Shown here: piece after piece, positions 31,344 through 42,016 of the stretch
How positions within the stretch are numbered: the first letter of the stretch is position 1
How the letters are laid out: each line of letters opens with the position of its first letter
Assembly (NCBI GenBank): GCA_030612025.1
Contig: JAUWOR010000006.1
Coordinates: forward strand, 36,749 to 100,748
DNA length: 64,000 bases
Reading direction: 5' to 3'
From: Dehalococcoidia bacterium
GTDB lineage: Bacteria; Chloroflexota; Dehalococcoidia; GIF9; AB-539-J10
Notes under the pieces: model-generated
Database searches by the model: none
What the model saw: the letters and a program-made list of their open reading frames with translations, nothing else
Told to the model about the DNA's origin: nothing
Made by a program: the position numbers and the translations under genes

Positions 31344-31952
31344 AAATCATATGTATAGTTTAATATATAGGTGTACTTAGCAGTAGATATATATGTGTAA
31401 TTATAAGTTGACGCATTTGACTTTTATGATTAGAGTTGTTAGAATGCAGCAAAATCGATGACAAGAAGGGGTATTGTACATTGTCGCCGCCTGTTCACCT
31501 ACCGGGAGGCTACTCATAAATGATAACAAGGAAAGACGATAAGGCTTAGCGAACAGAAGTGGGTAGAAGTGGAAGAAGCAAGAAAATTAGGCATATCCGT
31601 TACAGCTTTCTTAAAGCTTCTGATTAAGCAATATTTTAATAATATTAAATTTAAACGAGAGCGGAAGGAAAAGGTTTGTAGGTCGAGCAAAACAAAATGC
31701 TTCAAATCAGGATGTTGGTTAAATGAAGTGGATTAATATCTATATTTTGGGCGTTTTTCATTTTTCACCTCCATTAAAACATAAGCCCGCTCTGGTCAAG
31801 AGCGGGCCTATGTTTAGCCTGTTATCTGAGCAAAGAGTTGTGCGATGAAATAGTAAAACTTGGTAAAAAATTGGTAAAGATGTTAACGAGTTTGTTGATA
31901 AAGTTGTGACGGAAGCATTAAAGAAAGAGCAAAAGGAGGAGAAGAGGAGGTG

Positions 31953-32774
31953 ATGCTTAGCAAGAAACAAAAAGTAGCTTCCATACAATACGAGTTTTCT
32001 GATAAGCTTTCTAAGGAAGATAGAATAAAGAAGGCAGAAAAATTTATAGATAGCTGTGCTGATGCAGATTTAATCCTTTTGCCTGAGTTATGGAATTTTG
32101 GTTGGCATAGTTTAGTTGATAAAGATATAGCTTCCATTGATAGACTTCGCACCCTCAGTGAGACCCTTGAAGGTGAAACAATTTCAAGAATGGCTGAAGG
32201 GGCGAGAAAGGTTAATTCTTATATTGTAGCTGGTAGTATCCTAGAAAGGAGGAATGATTCCTTCTATAATACTGCCGTTCTTTTAGACCCCAAAGGAAAA
32301 ATTATTGCTACTTTTAGCAAGATGCACCTAGCTAATTATCTGGGATATCAAGAAGCAGCATTATTGAAACCTGGGCGAGATATCACTGCAGTTAGAACAG
32401 AGTTGGGTGTTCTTGGATTTAGTATCTGTTATGACCTACGCTTCCCAGAACTCTACCGTAAAATGGCTGTTAATAAAGGGGTAGAAGTTTTCTTGCTCAT
32501 AGCAGCATTCGCCATGACAAGGTTAGAAAATTGGTTGCATTTATGTCACGCACGAGCTATCGAAAACCAGTGTTATCTAATTTCCTGTGATGCTGTTGGT
32601 AGTGATCGTGGTCACCAATATCTTGGGTATAGTGCCATTATTGACCCAAGAGGTATAACTATCGCAGGCTCAGGTACTTCTGAATGTATAGTTAAAGGTG
32701 AGATAGATTTGGAGGAGCTTTATAAATTTAGAAAAGTTATGCCCAATCTTCAAAATAGAGTCCTTTCAGTATGA
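31953..32774 (+). CDS. Nitrilase-superfamily carbon-nitrogen hydrolase (omega-amidase-like)
   Basis: LPELW, FSKMHL, ICYDLRFPE catalytic triad, ARAIEN. Confidence 0.92.
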   Translation: MLSKKQKVASIQYEFSDKLSKEDRIKKAEKFIDSCADADLILLPELWNFGWHSLVDKDIASIDRLRTLSETLEGETISRMAEGARKVNSYIVAGSILERRNDSFYNTAVLLDPKGKIIATFSKMHLANYLGYQEAALLKPGRDITAVRTELGVLGFSICYDLRFPELYRKMAVNKGVEVFLLIAAFAMTRLENWLHLCHARAIENQCYLISCDAVGSDRGHQYLGYSAIIDPRGITIAGSGTSECIVKGEIDLEELYKFRKVMPNLQNRVLSV

Positions 32775-32791
32775 GAGGAGGAATTATTAGA

Positions 32792-33490
32792 ATGTTTGAG
32801 TTAATTGTTGAAAATGATGGTAGTAAGAAGTTGTCCTTTGAGATTAGGAAATTAATTAATGTGGGGCGCTCTACTCGCGATGTAAGTGGGGTGAAGAAAC
32901 ACCTGAATGAGTTACGGAAGAGTGGCGTTGCGATACTAGAACCAAACAAATTCCCAATTTTCTTCCCCAAAACAACAGATAGGATTACTACCAGCAATCG
33001 ATTTGAAGTTCTTCCTGGTAGTAAAACATCTGGTGAGGTGGAATATGTGCTTCTACTTGATGGTGACAATATCTATGTTACTGTGGGTAGCGACCATACA
33101 GACCGAGAACTTCAAAAAACTAGCGTTCTAGCATCAAAGGAGATTTGCTACAATGTTTTTGCACCAAAGGTGTGGCGCTATGAGGATGTAAAAGAATATT
33201 GGGACGACTTAATTATGCGGTCTTGGGTGGAAAAGAACGGCCAGCGCCAGTTATATCAGGAAGGCAAGCTGGTGAAAATGATAAGACCTGAGAAATTGAT
33301 CGAGGAAGTGAAATCGCATGTTGCGGGAAATCTAAACGGTATGGTTATATTCTCAGGGACATTACCTACCATCGGTGGTGAACTATGTTACAGCCCATAT
33401 TTTGAAATAGAGCTAGTTGATGAGCATGCTGGAAGAACTATCAAACATGCTTATTCTGTGGAGACTATTACTTGGTATAAAGGAGGATAA
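32792..33490 (+). CDS. DUF2848 protein (FAH-like fold)
   Basis: TSGEVEYVL, VGSDHTDREL, WDDLIMRSW, FSGTLP. Confidence 0.85.
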   Translation: MFELIVENDGSKKLSFEIRKLINVGRSTRDVSGVKKHLNELRKSGVAILEPNKFPIFFPKTTDRITTSNRFEVLPGSKTSGEVEYVLLLDGDNIYVTVGSDHTDRELQKTSVLASKEICYNVFAPKVWRYEDVKEYWDDLIMRSWVEKNGQRQLYQEGKLVKMIRPEKLIEEVKSHVAGNLNGMVIFSGTLPTIGGELCYSPYFEIELVDEHAGRTIKHAYSVETITWYKGG

Positions 33491-33491
33491 A

Positions 33492-33857
33492 ATGGCTAAA
33501 CCGGAATTGGAGTTTTTTGATACTGCGCTTATCCCCTGGAAGCCGATAGAGGGAGCACCCGGGAAATATGAAAAAATATTGAGTAGGGACCCAGAGACAG
33601 GCTCTTATACTCGGTTACTTATGAGTGAGCCAGATATGGATGCTTATGTCGAACATCCAGAGGTTGCACCGGGCAAGACTCTTTGTCATGATGATTTTGT
33701 GGAAGAGTGTTTTGTGATTAGAGGTACCCTTGTAGATACAGTAAACAACAAGACTTATAAGGCAGGATATTATGCTTGTCGCCCTCCAGGTATGAAACAT
33801 GGCCCATTTTTCCATCCTACAGGTGCTGTATCTCTGGAAATTAGAATTCGCGTGTAA
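33492..33857 (+). CDS. Cupin domain protein (ChrR-like)
   Basis: ATG after AGGAGG; HDDFVEE, YACRPPGMKHGPF. Confidence 0.85.
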   Translation: MAKPELEFFDTALIPWKPIEGAPGKYEKILSRDPETGSYTRLLMSEPDMDAYVEHPEVAPGKTLCHDDFVEECFVIRGTLVDTVNNKTYKAGYYACRPPGMKHGPFFHPTGAVSLEIRIRV

Positions 33858-33932
33858 CTTGCAGTGTCTCTTTTAGTTGAGCGAGCGACATTGTAGTGAA
33901 GGTTGGGAGATATGGCTTACAAAAAGGAAAAA

Positions 33933-35198
33933 ATGCAGCTAAATGGAGAGCAAAGGAAGATACTGGATGGAAAGGAAGGAAAAATCCTACAGGAGGCGAT
34001 GGAGTCTCTCATTAAGTATGGCACTGCTATGGGTGCTAGGGAATTCATCAGAATCTCCAGTGCTCATACCTTGTTCACGTTAAGGAGCAAGGTAGCTAGG
34101 TGCTTCCTTCCGCGTGGTGTTCTGTTAACCAAAGAGGATATTGATAAGTTTAGCAAAGAGATAATTGGTACCCAAGTAAGAGTCAAGACCACAGTTAACC
34201 CTGGAGCAATAGACCGTGAGAAGTGGCAGCAGATGGGTGCTGAGGAGGCCACTTATAATTCAGTGATGCAAACGGTAGAGATTGGTAAGAGGTGTGGGTT
34301 TATGATGACTTATACCTGCATCCCTTACCTTACAGATAATATTCCTTTAATAGGTCAACACGTTGCTTGGTCTGAGTCTAGTGCTTATCTTTACATTAAC
34401 AGCTTCTTAGGAGCTCGGTCAAACCGTGATTCCTGCGAGATATCCTTATATTCATCCTTGCTAGGCATTGCTCCGAACTTTGGCCTGCACCTTGATGAGA
34501 ATAGGAGGGGTACTGACTTAATTAATGTGCAATGTGAGTTAAAAGGTCCCATCGATTGGGGTGCACTAGGTTACTTTACAGGAGATAGAGTGGGTATAGG
34601 TATTCCGGTATTCAAAAATTTGAGGAGACCAACTACAGAGGAAGCAGTACAATTAAGTGCATCCATGAGTTCCTCTGGTGCTGTACCTATGTTACATATT
34701 GTGGGTGTGACACCTGAGGCGCCAACTATTGAGACAGCTTTCAGAGGGAACACGCCAAGGCAAACATATATCTTCGATGAATCTGCCAAAGGAGAGGTTT
34801 ACCAGCTTCTCAATTACAAACCTGAAGGGAAGGTGGATATCGTTTTCCTTGGCTGTCCACATGCAACTCTCTACGAGATAAAAGAGATAGCTCGAATGCT
34901 TGAAGGTAAGCATGTGGCCAATGATATTAGACTTTGGGTCATGACATCGTCTTCCATTAGAGCTTCGGCAGAACAGCTGGGGTATGCTGAGATAATTGAG
35001 GATAGTGGGGGGGAACTATTTGCTGATGGATGCTTTCTCTGCTACTACGTAAATGCTCCTAATAAAAAGCCCAAGATGGATCGTATAGCAACCAATTCAG
35101 CCAAGCAGGCTTTCGGTGCAAGAAGGTCATTTAACAGCAATGTATTTTTTGGAGACACGGAGCGTTGTATCCAGATTGCTATTGATGGAGGTGCTTAA
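33933..35198 (+). CDS. Aconitase X large subunit (DUF521), copy 1, Fe-S cysteines intact
   Basis: TCIPY, WSESSA, GVTPEA, LGCPH, DGC. Confidence 0.9.
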   Translation: MQLNGEQRKILDGKEGKILQEAMESLIKYGTAMGAREFIRISSAHTLFTLRSKVARCFLPRGVLLTKEDIDKFSKEIIGTQVRVKTTVNPGAIDREKWQQMGAEEATYNSVMQTVEIGKRCGFMMTYTCIPYLTDNIPLIGQHVAWSESSAYLYINSFLGARSNRDSCEISLYSSLLGIAPNFGLHLDENRRGTDLINVQCELKGPIDWGALGYFTGDRVGIGIPVFKNLRRPTTEEAVQLSASMSSSGAVPMLHIVGVTPEAPTIETAFRGNTPRQTYIFDESAKGEVYQLLNYKPEGKVDIVFLGCPHATLYEIKEIARMLEGKHVANDIRLWVMTSSSIRASAEQLGYAEIIEDSGGELFADGCFLCYYVNAPNKKPKMDRIATNSAKQAFGARRSFNSNVFFGDTERCIQIAIDGGA

Positions 35199-35614
35199 TG
35201 GCAGCAGCATCAAAAATATTCAGGGCGAAAAAAATCGTTCCAGGTAAGGTTTCAGGGCCAGCTCTGGTTACTAGGGGGTGTCTCTCCTTTCAGGGCTTTA
35301 TTGATCCAAAGCGAGGGGTATTTTCTGCACCAGTGACTGAGTTGCAAGGAGCTTCATTTGTTGGAGCAGTATTAATTTTCACTTCGGGGAAAGGTCCTTC
35401 CGTTGGGCCGAGTGTACTTGACCTCGCCTGTCGTTTTGGAAATGCCCCAGCAGCAATCATTAACTTGGAGATAGACCCCATGATAGTTGCAGGCTGTGCT
35501 TTGCAAAACATCCCGCTGGTGCAGGTAAAGGATTCAGGCATTTTCGACCAAGTAAAGAACGGAGATATAGTAACGGTGGATGCAGACAGAGGTGAGGTGA
35601 CAATTTCTAAATAG
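35198..35614 (+). CDS. Aconitase X swivel small subunit (DUF126), copy 1
   Basis: G.VSGPALV, SGKGPSVG, APAAII, VDADRGEV. Confidence 0.9.
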   Translation: MAAASKIFRAKKIVPGKVSGPALVTRGCLSFQGFIDPKRGVFSAPVTELQGASFVGAVLIFTSGKGPSVGPSVLDLACRFGNAPAAIINLEIDPMIVAGCALQNIPLVQVKDSGIFDQVKNGDIVTVDADRGEVTISK

Positions 35615-35701
35615 TAATAATAGAAGTTGAATTCTATATTAACCTTAAAGCTGGGTGATAAAGTAATTTAAGTAAATTGAGTAAAAGGAGGGAGAAACGA
35701 A

Positions 35702-36622
35702 ATGATATTCCAAGAAACTAGAGCATATTTAAAGAAAATAGGACTCCCTGAAGGTGACCTAAACGATTTACCCACTTCGGGCAAGACATTCCCAGACGGG
35801 GCTCACTTTAGGATCGAGGTTCCTACTGTAAATTCAGGTGAAGCAATGAGTGCCTTATTGAAAAGGGCTGATGAATTGGGCATCGTTATTAACCGGGTAA
35901 CTGAGACGTATGGGATTTTCCGACACACCGTTGGGGAACTTAAGGAATATATTCAAATGGCAAAGGATTATGCTTGTGAGGTTGTTCTCTCTTGCGGACC
36001 TAGGGCAACTTACGATACAGGGGCAACTGTCCTTTCTCCACAAGGAGTGCGGATAGGTTATCGATTGAGAGGCATGGAACAGGTAATTCGTGCTATTGAG
36101 GATGTGAAGAGAGCGGTGAATATAGGAGCTAGGGCTATTTTGGTTTATGATGAAGGACTCCTTTGGGTTCTTAATCAGATGCGAAAAGACGGAGAGCTCC
36201 CCAAGGATATTCACTTTAAGATATCAGCTCACTGTGGTCACTGCAACCCTGCTTCCTTTAAAGTTTTGGAGCAACTAGGAGCAGATACCATAAATCCAGT
36301 TAGGGATTTGCAACTGCCAATGATAGCAGCACTAAGGGCAGCAGTTGGAATACCTTTGGATTTACACACTGATAACCCTCCAGCTTCAGGTGGGTTCATT
36401 AGGACCTATGAAGCACCCGAAATGGCAAGAATAGCTTCCCCCTGTCATCTAAAGACTGGTAACTCGGTTGTAGCTGGGCATGGGATTATTACATCTGCGG
36501 TAGATGGCAACCGCATGGCGGAGCAGGCAAGCATTATTGTGGAGATGGTGAACAAGTATTATCCCAAATTAAAACAAAGTGAGAAAGTAAAGGAGGTGAT
36601 GTGTATGAGTAAACATGAATAA
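35702..36622 (+). CDS. U32-peptidase-like TIM-barrel protein, function uncertain
   Basis: FPDGAHFRIEVP, VYDEGLL, LGADTINP, GGFIR.YE. Confidence 0.6.
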   Translation: MIFQETRAYLKKIGLPEGDLNDLPTSGKTFPDGAHFRIEVPTVNSGEAMSALLKRADELGIVINRVTETYGIFRHTVGELKEYIQMAKDYACEVVLSCGPRATYDTGATVLSPQGVRIGYRLRGMEQVIRAIEDVKRAVNIGARAILVYDEGLLWVLNQMRKDGELPKDIHFKISAHCGHCNPASFKVLEQLGADTINPVRDLQLPMIAALRAAVGIPLDLHTDNPPASGGFIRTYEAPEMARIASPCHLKTGNSVVAGHGIITSAVDGNRMAEQASIIVEMVNKYYPKLKQSEKVKEVMCMSKHE

Positions 36623-36665
36623 AGGGTGGAGGGGTGGATAAAATCAAATTAAAAAGGAGGATTAA

Positions 36666-37748
36666 ATGAGACATAAAATAGTAATGGTGATGTTATCAGT
36701 AGCACTTATTGTGGGTTTGGTTCTTATTGGCTGTGTTGAACCAGCGGCACCACCTGTGACACCGCCTGAAGAACCTGTTGAAGAACCAGAGCCCGAACCG
36801 GAACAAGAAAGAGAACCACACTTGATATTTGGAAGTGGATCAAAACCTTTATCCGGTTACTTTCCTTACCATACGGTAGTATTCCAGCTTGTAGATGCTG
36901 CTCCGGGTGTTAGGTTTACGATGACTTTGCCGGGTGGTTCTGTAGCGGGTGCATTGGAAATCTTACGTGGTGAGATGGATATGACTGGTGGTCTTGCAAT
37001 GGCTGCTTGGTATCAAATGACTCGTGGATTAGGTAAGTTTGAAGGCCAGGCTGTTCCTAATGACCTTAGAGCACTTTTTAGTTCTGCCACTGGGATTTGT
37101 CCTCTACTTGTTCGTGTTGATAGTGATATAGATACTGTTTATGACTTTGATGGTAAATTGTACATGTCAGGGCTTCAAGGTTCTAGTGGAGAAGTATTGT
37201 TGACTGCGGCTTTTGAGGCACTTGGGATAGAAGTAGAGACATATCGTGGTAGTTATACTGATGCAGTCGCCGATATAAAGGATGGTAGGCTGATAGGGTG
37301 CTCTAAAAACATGAAAGGGCATTCACTTGATCCTGGCATGATGGACGTTCAAACACGGATTCCTATCAAGATAGTTAGCTTCACTGAAAGTGATGTAGAG
37401 AAAGTTAAGTCTAAAGTTCCTTACGTTACTTTCATGACATTAAAAGCAAATCACTATGTTCAGCTTGAGCACCCAGAAGTGATTGTATTGACAACTCCCA
37501 CAATGTGGGTTTGTCACAAAGACTTGGATGAGGTTATTGCATACGAAATAACTAAGTCCTATGCTGAAGGATTTGAAGAAAAGCTCCTTAAAGTATTTGG
37601 TGAAGATATGGCAAATGCTCATCCTCTGGAAACTCCTTCGTTTGTGGGTCGATGTGAGGACGTATATATTCACCCAGGAGCTATTAGGTATTATAGAGAA
37701 ATGGGTGTTGAAATACCTGATTCTGTTGTTCCTCCTGAAATGAAGTAG
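36666..37748 (+). CDS. TAXI-family TRAP solute-binding lipoprotein
   Basis: Signal peptide with LIGC lipobox, Pro/Glu linker, GGSV, HPGAIRYYREMG. Confidence 0.9.
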   Translation: MRHKIVMVMLSVALIVGLVLIGCVEPAAPPVTPPEEPVEEPEPEPEQEREPHLIFGSGSKPLSGYFPYHTVVFQLVDAAPGVRFTMTLPGGSVAGALEILRGEMDMTGGLAMAAWYQMTRGLGKFEGQAVPNDLRALFSSATGICPLLVRVDSDIDTVYDFDGKLYMSGLQGSSGEVLLTAAFEALGIEVETYRGSYTDAVADIKDGRLIGCSKNMKGHSLDPGMMDVQTRIPIKIVSFTESDVEKVKSKVPYVTFMTLKANHYVQLEHPEVIVLTTPTMWVCHKDLDEVIAYEITKSYAEGFEEKLLKVFGEDMANAHPLETPSFVGRCEDVYIHPGAIRYYREMGVEIPDSVVPPEMK

Positions 37749-37828
37749 GTGTTGTTGGGCATATATTAAATATAGGCCTACTTGTATTTTAGATGCAAGC
37801 GGGCCTATATATCTATAGGAGAGTAGGT

Positions 37829-39733
37829 ATGTCCAAGCTTGAAAGAGTATGGTGTAATATATCTAGATTTATAGCTATTTCTTTGTGCTGTTTTCATATA
37901 TATACGGGTATATTCGGTTGCTTTCCTAACTTCGAACAGAAAGCAATTCATATAGGACTAGCACTAAGCCTTGTTTTTCTATTGTATCCTCTTAGGAAGA
38001 AAGCAACCACAGTAAAGAAGAGTCCATCGGTTATTGATTTGCTTATTATAGCTGTTTTGTTGTTTTCTTGTATCTTTATATTTGCAAATTACTTAGAATT
38101 TACTCCATTTATGGTACGTCCTATAAACAATTTTGAGATTGTCTTATGTATATTAACTGCTCTGATAATGCTTGAGGCAACACGTAGAACAATAGGATGG
38201 GCATTGTCAATTGTAGCTGCTACTGCTTTTCTATACGCTTTACTTGGTCAGTATATACCCGGTTATTGGGCACATCCCGGCTTCGCGCTATCTAACATTT
38301 GTACTCATCTTTATCTATCCGCTGATGGGATGTGGGGATTTATGACTGGGTTATCTGCAACATACATAGCCATGTTTATTATATTTGGCTCTTTGCTACT
38401 AGCTTCAGGAGCGGGAGAGACACTAGTGGAGATAGCTAAGTATCTCACAGGGAGATTCCGAGGAGGCCCTGCCAAGGTAGCAATTTTATCTAGTGGATTT
38501 TTCGCAATGATATCTGGTAGTCCAACAGCGAATGTTGCAACCACAGGAGCTTTTACTATACCGATGATGAAGAAACTAGGTTATAAGCCTGAATTTGCTG
38601 CCGGGGTAGAAGCAGCAGCCTCAAGTGCGGGAGTGTTAACGCCTCCTATTATGGGAGCAGCAGGATTTATAATAGCAGAGATATTGGGAGTGACATATCT
38701 GAAGGTGGTAATTGCTGCTGCTATCCCAGCGTACTTGTTCTACGTTGCTGCCTTCATGGGTGTTCACTTCCAAGCTGTTAGGCTAGATTTGAAACCATTA
38801 CCCAAGGAGGAGATACCTGCCGCTAGTTCTATTCTTATTCCTTCAAAAATGACTACCCTTGTTATACCAATTGGTATTCTTCTCTATATGCTAATTAAAG
38901 GATATTCCTTAATGCTTGTAGGTACTAGTGCTTGTGTTGCTGTGTTGATAACCTATGTTATATCTGGTTTTTCTATAGAAGCAATTAAAAGAAGGATAAT
39001 AAGAGTTCCTTCAATGTTGGAAAAAGCCGGTAGAACACTTGTTATTATCCCTGCAATTCTGGTAACTGCACAAATGTTATTATTCTTTCTCGAGTATACT
39101 GGCCTGAACTTAAAATTTTCTATTTTTGTTATGAGTATGGGAACTGAACTTTTATTGAATAAATTAATATTATTAGGTATATTGGTAATGGTATTAGGAA
39201 CAGGTTTACCAGTTTCGGCTGCATATTTGCTTGGGTATAGTGTAGCAGGTACCGCTTTAGTAGAACTTGGTTTGCTACCGATGTCCATACATTTATTTAT
39301 ATTGTATTATGCTGTAATGGCAAACCTAACTCCTCCTCTTTGTCCTGCAGTATATGTAGCCTCAACTATAGCAGGGTCAAATTGGCTTAAAAGTGCTGGG
39401 GTGGCACTAAAATTGAGTCCGTTACTTTACCTGATGCCTTTTATATTTGTTTTTGATCCAACTTTTATAATGATAGGAGCGCCTGCTCATATTCTAATTA
39501 ATGTGTTAACTGCCACAATTGGAGCAGTGCTCATGTCTAGCGGTCTAATTGGTCAATTAGTTATTAGATGTAATTTTTTAGAACGTATTGCTTCGACTTC
39601 TTCAGGTGTTCTTTTGCTTCTACCCGGATATAAAACGGACTTTTTAGGTGTTATTTTAATTTGCTTAATACTCATAGAACAAATGGTTAGGTCTGGTAAA
39701 AGACCAAATATTAGGTTTAGGAGGAAAAAATGA
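37829..39733 (+). CDS. TRAP transporter fused 4TM/12TM permease
   Basis: EATRRTIG, RGGPAK, TIPMMKKLGY, LTPP motifs. Confidence 0.92.
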   Translation: MSKLERVWCNISRFIAISLCCFHIYTGIFGCFPNFEQKAIHIGLALSLVFLLYPLRKKATTVKKSPSVIDLLIIAVLLFSCIFIFANYLEFTPFMVRPINNFEIVLCILTALIMLEATRRTIGWALSIVAATAFLYALLGQYIPGYWAHPGFALSNICTHLYLSADGMWGFMTGLSATYIAMFIIFGSLLLASGAGETLVEIAKYLTGRFRGGPAKVAILSSGFFAMISGSPTANVATTGAFTIPMMKKLGYKPEFAAGVEAAASSAGVLTPPIMGAAGFIIAEILGVTYLKVVIAAAIPAYLFYVAAFMGVHFQAVRLDLKPLPKEEIPAASSILIPSKMTTLVIPIGILLYMLIKGYSLMLVGTSACVAVLITYVISGFSIEAIKRRIIRVPSMLEKAGRTLVIIPAILVTAQMLLFFLEYTGLNLKFSIFVMSMGTELLLNKLILLGILVMVLGTGLPVSAAYLLGYSVAGTALVELGLLPMSIHLFILYYAVMANLTPPLCPAVYVASTIAGSNWLKSAGVALKLSPLLYLMPFIFVFDPTFIMIGAPAHILINVLTATIGAVLMSSGLIGQLVIRCNFLERIASTSSGVLLLLPGYKTDFLGVILICLILIEQMVRSGKRPNIRFRRKK

Positions 39734-40989
39734 GGTTAACTGAAGTACAGCAAAATATAATTAATGGTGATAAAGGGAGACTTCTTAGAGAAGCACTTAT
39801 TAACCTGGTTAAATATGGCACTGCCATGGGTGCTGAGGAATTTATCCCCATCACCAGCGCCCATATTGCGTTTTCAGCAATGGACGTTGTGGCTTTGTGC
39901 TTCTCTCCACGTGGTAGGGAGCTAACAAAAGCTGAGATTGATAGGATTACCGAAGAGATGAGAAATATTAAAGTTAATGTTAGAACCACCGTTAATTCAG
40001 GAATAATTGATCGTAGAAGGTGGCAACAAATGGGTGCTGACGAGTCAATTTATAATTCTGTAATGCAGGCAGTTGAAGTTGCAAGAGAGTGTGGGATAAT
40101 GCCTACCTTCAGTATCACACCCCATCTAACTGATAATATCCCACTTATGGGAGAGCATTGTGCATGGGCTGAGTCTGGAACGCATTTATATATTAACAGT
40201 ATTTTGGGAGCACAATCTAACAGAGAGTCGTATGAGTCAGCTTTTTACTCATGCCTACTAGGTATTACTCCAAACTTTGGCATGCACCTTGATGAGAATA
40301 GAAAAGGTACAGACTTGGTTGATATCCAGTGCGAGCTAGAATATGGTAGTGATTGGGGTGCATTAGGATATTTCACTGGTGATAGTATTGGTATAGGTAT
40401 ACCTGTATTTAAAAATCTAAAAAGGCCAGTTGTTGAGCAGGTAAATCAACTTTGTTTTGCAACAAACTCTCCTGGTGCTATTCCAATGCTGCTTATTCCC
40501 GGTGTGTCTCCTGAGGCTCCAACTCTTGAGGCGGCCTTTAGAGGAAACAAACCCAGGAATACATACTTTTTTGATGATAAAGCCAAACAAAGAATTTACA
40601 ATTCTCTCAACTATAATTCTAAAGGAGAAGTGGACTTAATTTCTTTTAGATGTCCTACTTTATATGAGTTAAGTAAAATAGCTAAAATGATTGAGGGAAA
40701 GAAAGTTCACAAAAATACTAGATTATGTGTAATGACTTCTGATTCTATTAGACACTCTGCGGAGCAAATAGGCTATGCTCAGATAATTGAGGACAGCGGT
40801 GCAGAGCTATTTGCTGATGGTACACTACTTATTTTCTACATAAATGCACCTGCAAAGAAACCTAAGATGAATAGGATAGCAACAAATTCAGCCAAGCTTG
40901 CTTTTGCCGCAAGACGGTCATTTCACAGCAACATATTTTTTGGAAGCACAGAGCGCTGCATCGAAATAGCCATTAAGGGAGGTGTGTAA
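39730..40989 (+). CDS. Aconitase X large subunit, copy 2, two Fe-S cysteines lost
   Basis: Full-length paralog of 33933..35198 but with SITPH, FRCPT and DGTL at the ligand positions. Confidence 0.85.
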   Translation: MRLTEVQQNIINGDKGRLLREALINLVKYGTAMGAEEFIPITSAHIAFSAMDVVALCFSPRGRELTKAEIDRITEEMRNIKVNVRTTVNSGIIDRRRWQQMGADESIYNSVMQAVEVARECGIMPTFSITPHLTDNIPLMGEHCAWAESGTHLYINSILGAQSNRESYESAFYSCLLGITPNFGMHLDENRKGTDLVDIQCELEYGSDWGALGYFTGDSIGIGIPVFKNLKRPVVEQVNQLCFATNSPGAIPMLLIPGVSPEAPTLEAAFRGNKPRNTYFFDDKAKQRIYNSLNYNSKGEVDLISFRCPTLYELSKIAKMIEGKKVHKNTRLCVMTSDSIRHSAEQIGYAQIIEDSGAELFADGTLLIFYINAPAKKPKMNRIATNSAKLAFAARRSFHSNIFFGSTERCIEIAIKGGV

Positions 40990-40990
40990 T

Positions 40991-41401
40991 ATGGCCGATA
41001 TTAAAAAATTCAAGGCAAAAAAGGTTATCCCGGGAAAGGCTACAGGTCCAGCTTTAATCACTAGGGAGCGTATAATGTTTCTGGGGTTTATTGACCCCAA
41101 GAAAGGGATATTCCATGCACCGCAGACTGAGTTGTATGGCAAATCTTTTAGGGGTGCGGTATTAATTTACACCTCGGGGAAGGCCAGCAGTGGTGGTGCA
41201 CGGGGGCTTGATCTGGCTGTTCGTGCAGGTAATGCTCCGGCAGCAATTGTCAATCTAGAGATAGACCCCATTACAGTTGCTGGCTGTGCTTTTGATGACA
41301 TACCGATGGTGCAGGTGGAAGATCCAAGCATATTCGATCAGGTAAAGGAAGGAGATATGGTAACAGTGGATGCTGACAAGGGAGAGGTGATTGTTGGTTA
41401 G
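40991..41401 (+). CDS. Aconitase X swivel small subunit, copy 2
   Basis: Paralog of 35198..35614; SGKASSGG. Confidence 0.88.
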   Translation: MADIKKFKAKKVIPGKATGPALITRERIMFLGFIDPKKGIFHAPQTELYGKSFRGAVLIYTSGKASSGGARGLDLAVRAGNAPAAIVNLEIDPITVAGCAFDDIPMVQVEDPSIFDQVKEGDMVTVDADKGEVIVG

Positions 41402-41599
41402 CGGCAGAAGCAGGTTTGAATAATACCAGTGTAGTCCTAGTGTCATAATGAAAAGTACCACTTCTTGCCTCCTTTATTAGTAATACCCCAGTTTTGTTGG
41501 TGTGTCTGGGGGTTGTTGGATTACTAATTTAAATATAAAAGATTTACTTCTAACAGATAAGGAAATTTCTGAGGTAGTTTAAGTAATATATTATGAACG

Positions 41600-42004
41600 A
41601 GTAAATGGCCGGCTGCCTGGCAGATGCCATCCATATTTAACTGTCCTGAAGTCAAGGCTCTAGCTAAAAAGGTTAAGGTCGAATTGTATCCTAAGACGTC
41701 GGAGATCTTGGCCAATGCGGTAAAGAAGCGGATCAGAGACCCTTCACTAATACAACAGGCTATAACATACAATAACATAGTAGAGTTGACTGCTAGAGGG
41801 GAGAAGTTCATTGCAGAAGAGATAGCTATGAAGGGTAGTCCGACTAATCCAGCAAGTGAGGATGAACTTCTGGTCAAGTTTAGAAATAATGCCTCTTTTT
41901 CCATGCTCCCTAGTGATAGAGTTGAACCGATTATCAAAATGATTAATCAGCTGGAAGAAGTGGATGATATAACTGAATTAACTAGGTTATTAACTATTAG
42001 TTAG
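41600..42004 (+). pseudogene. C-terminal fragment of an MmgE/PrpD family protein
   Basis: PEVKALAKKVKV, KGSPTNP, ELLVKFRNNA; N-terminal part absent. Confidence 0.65.
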
Positions 42005-42016
42005 CTAGGTGTAATA

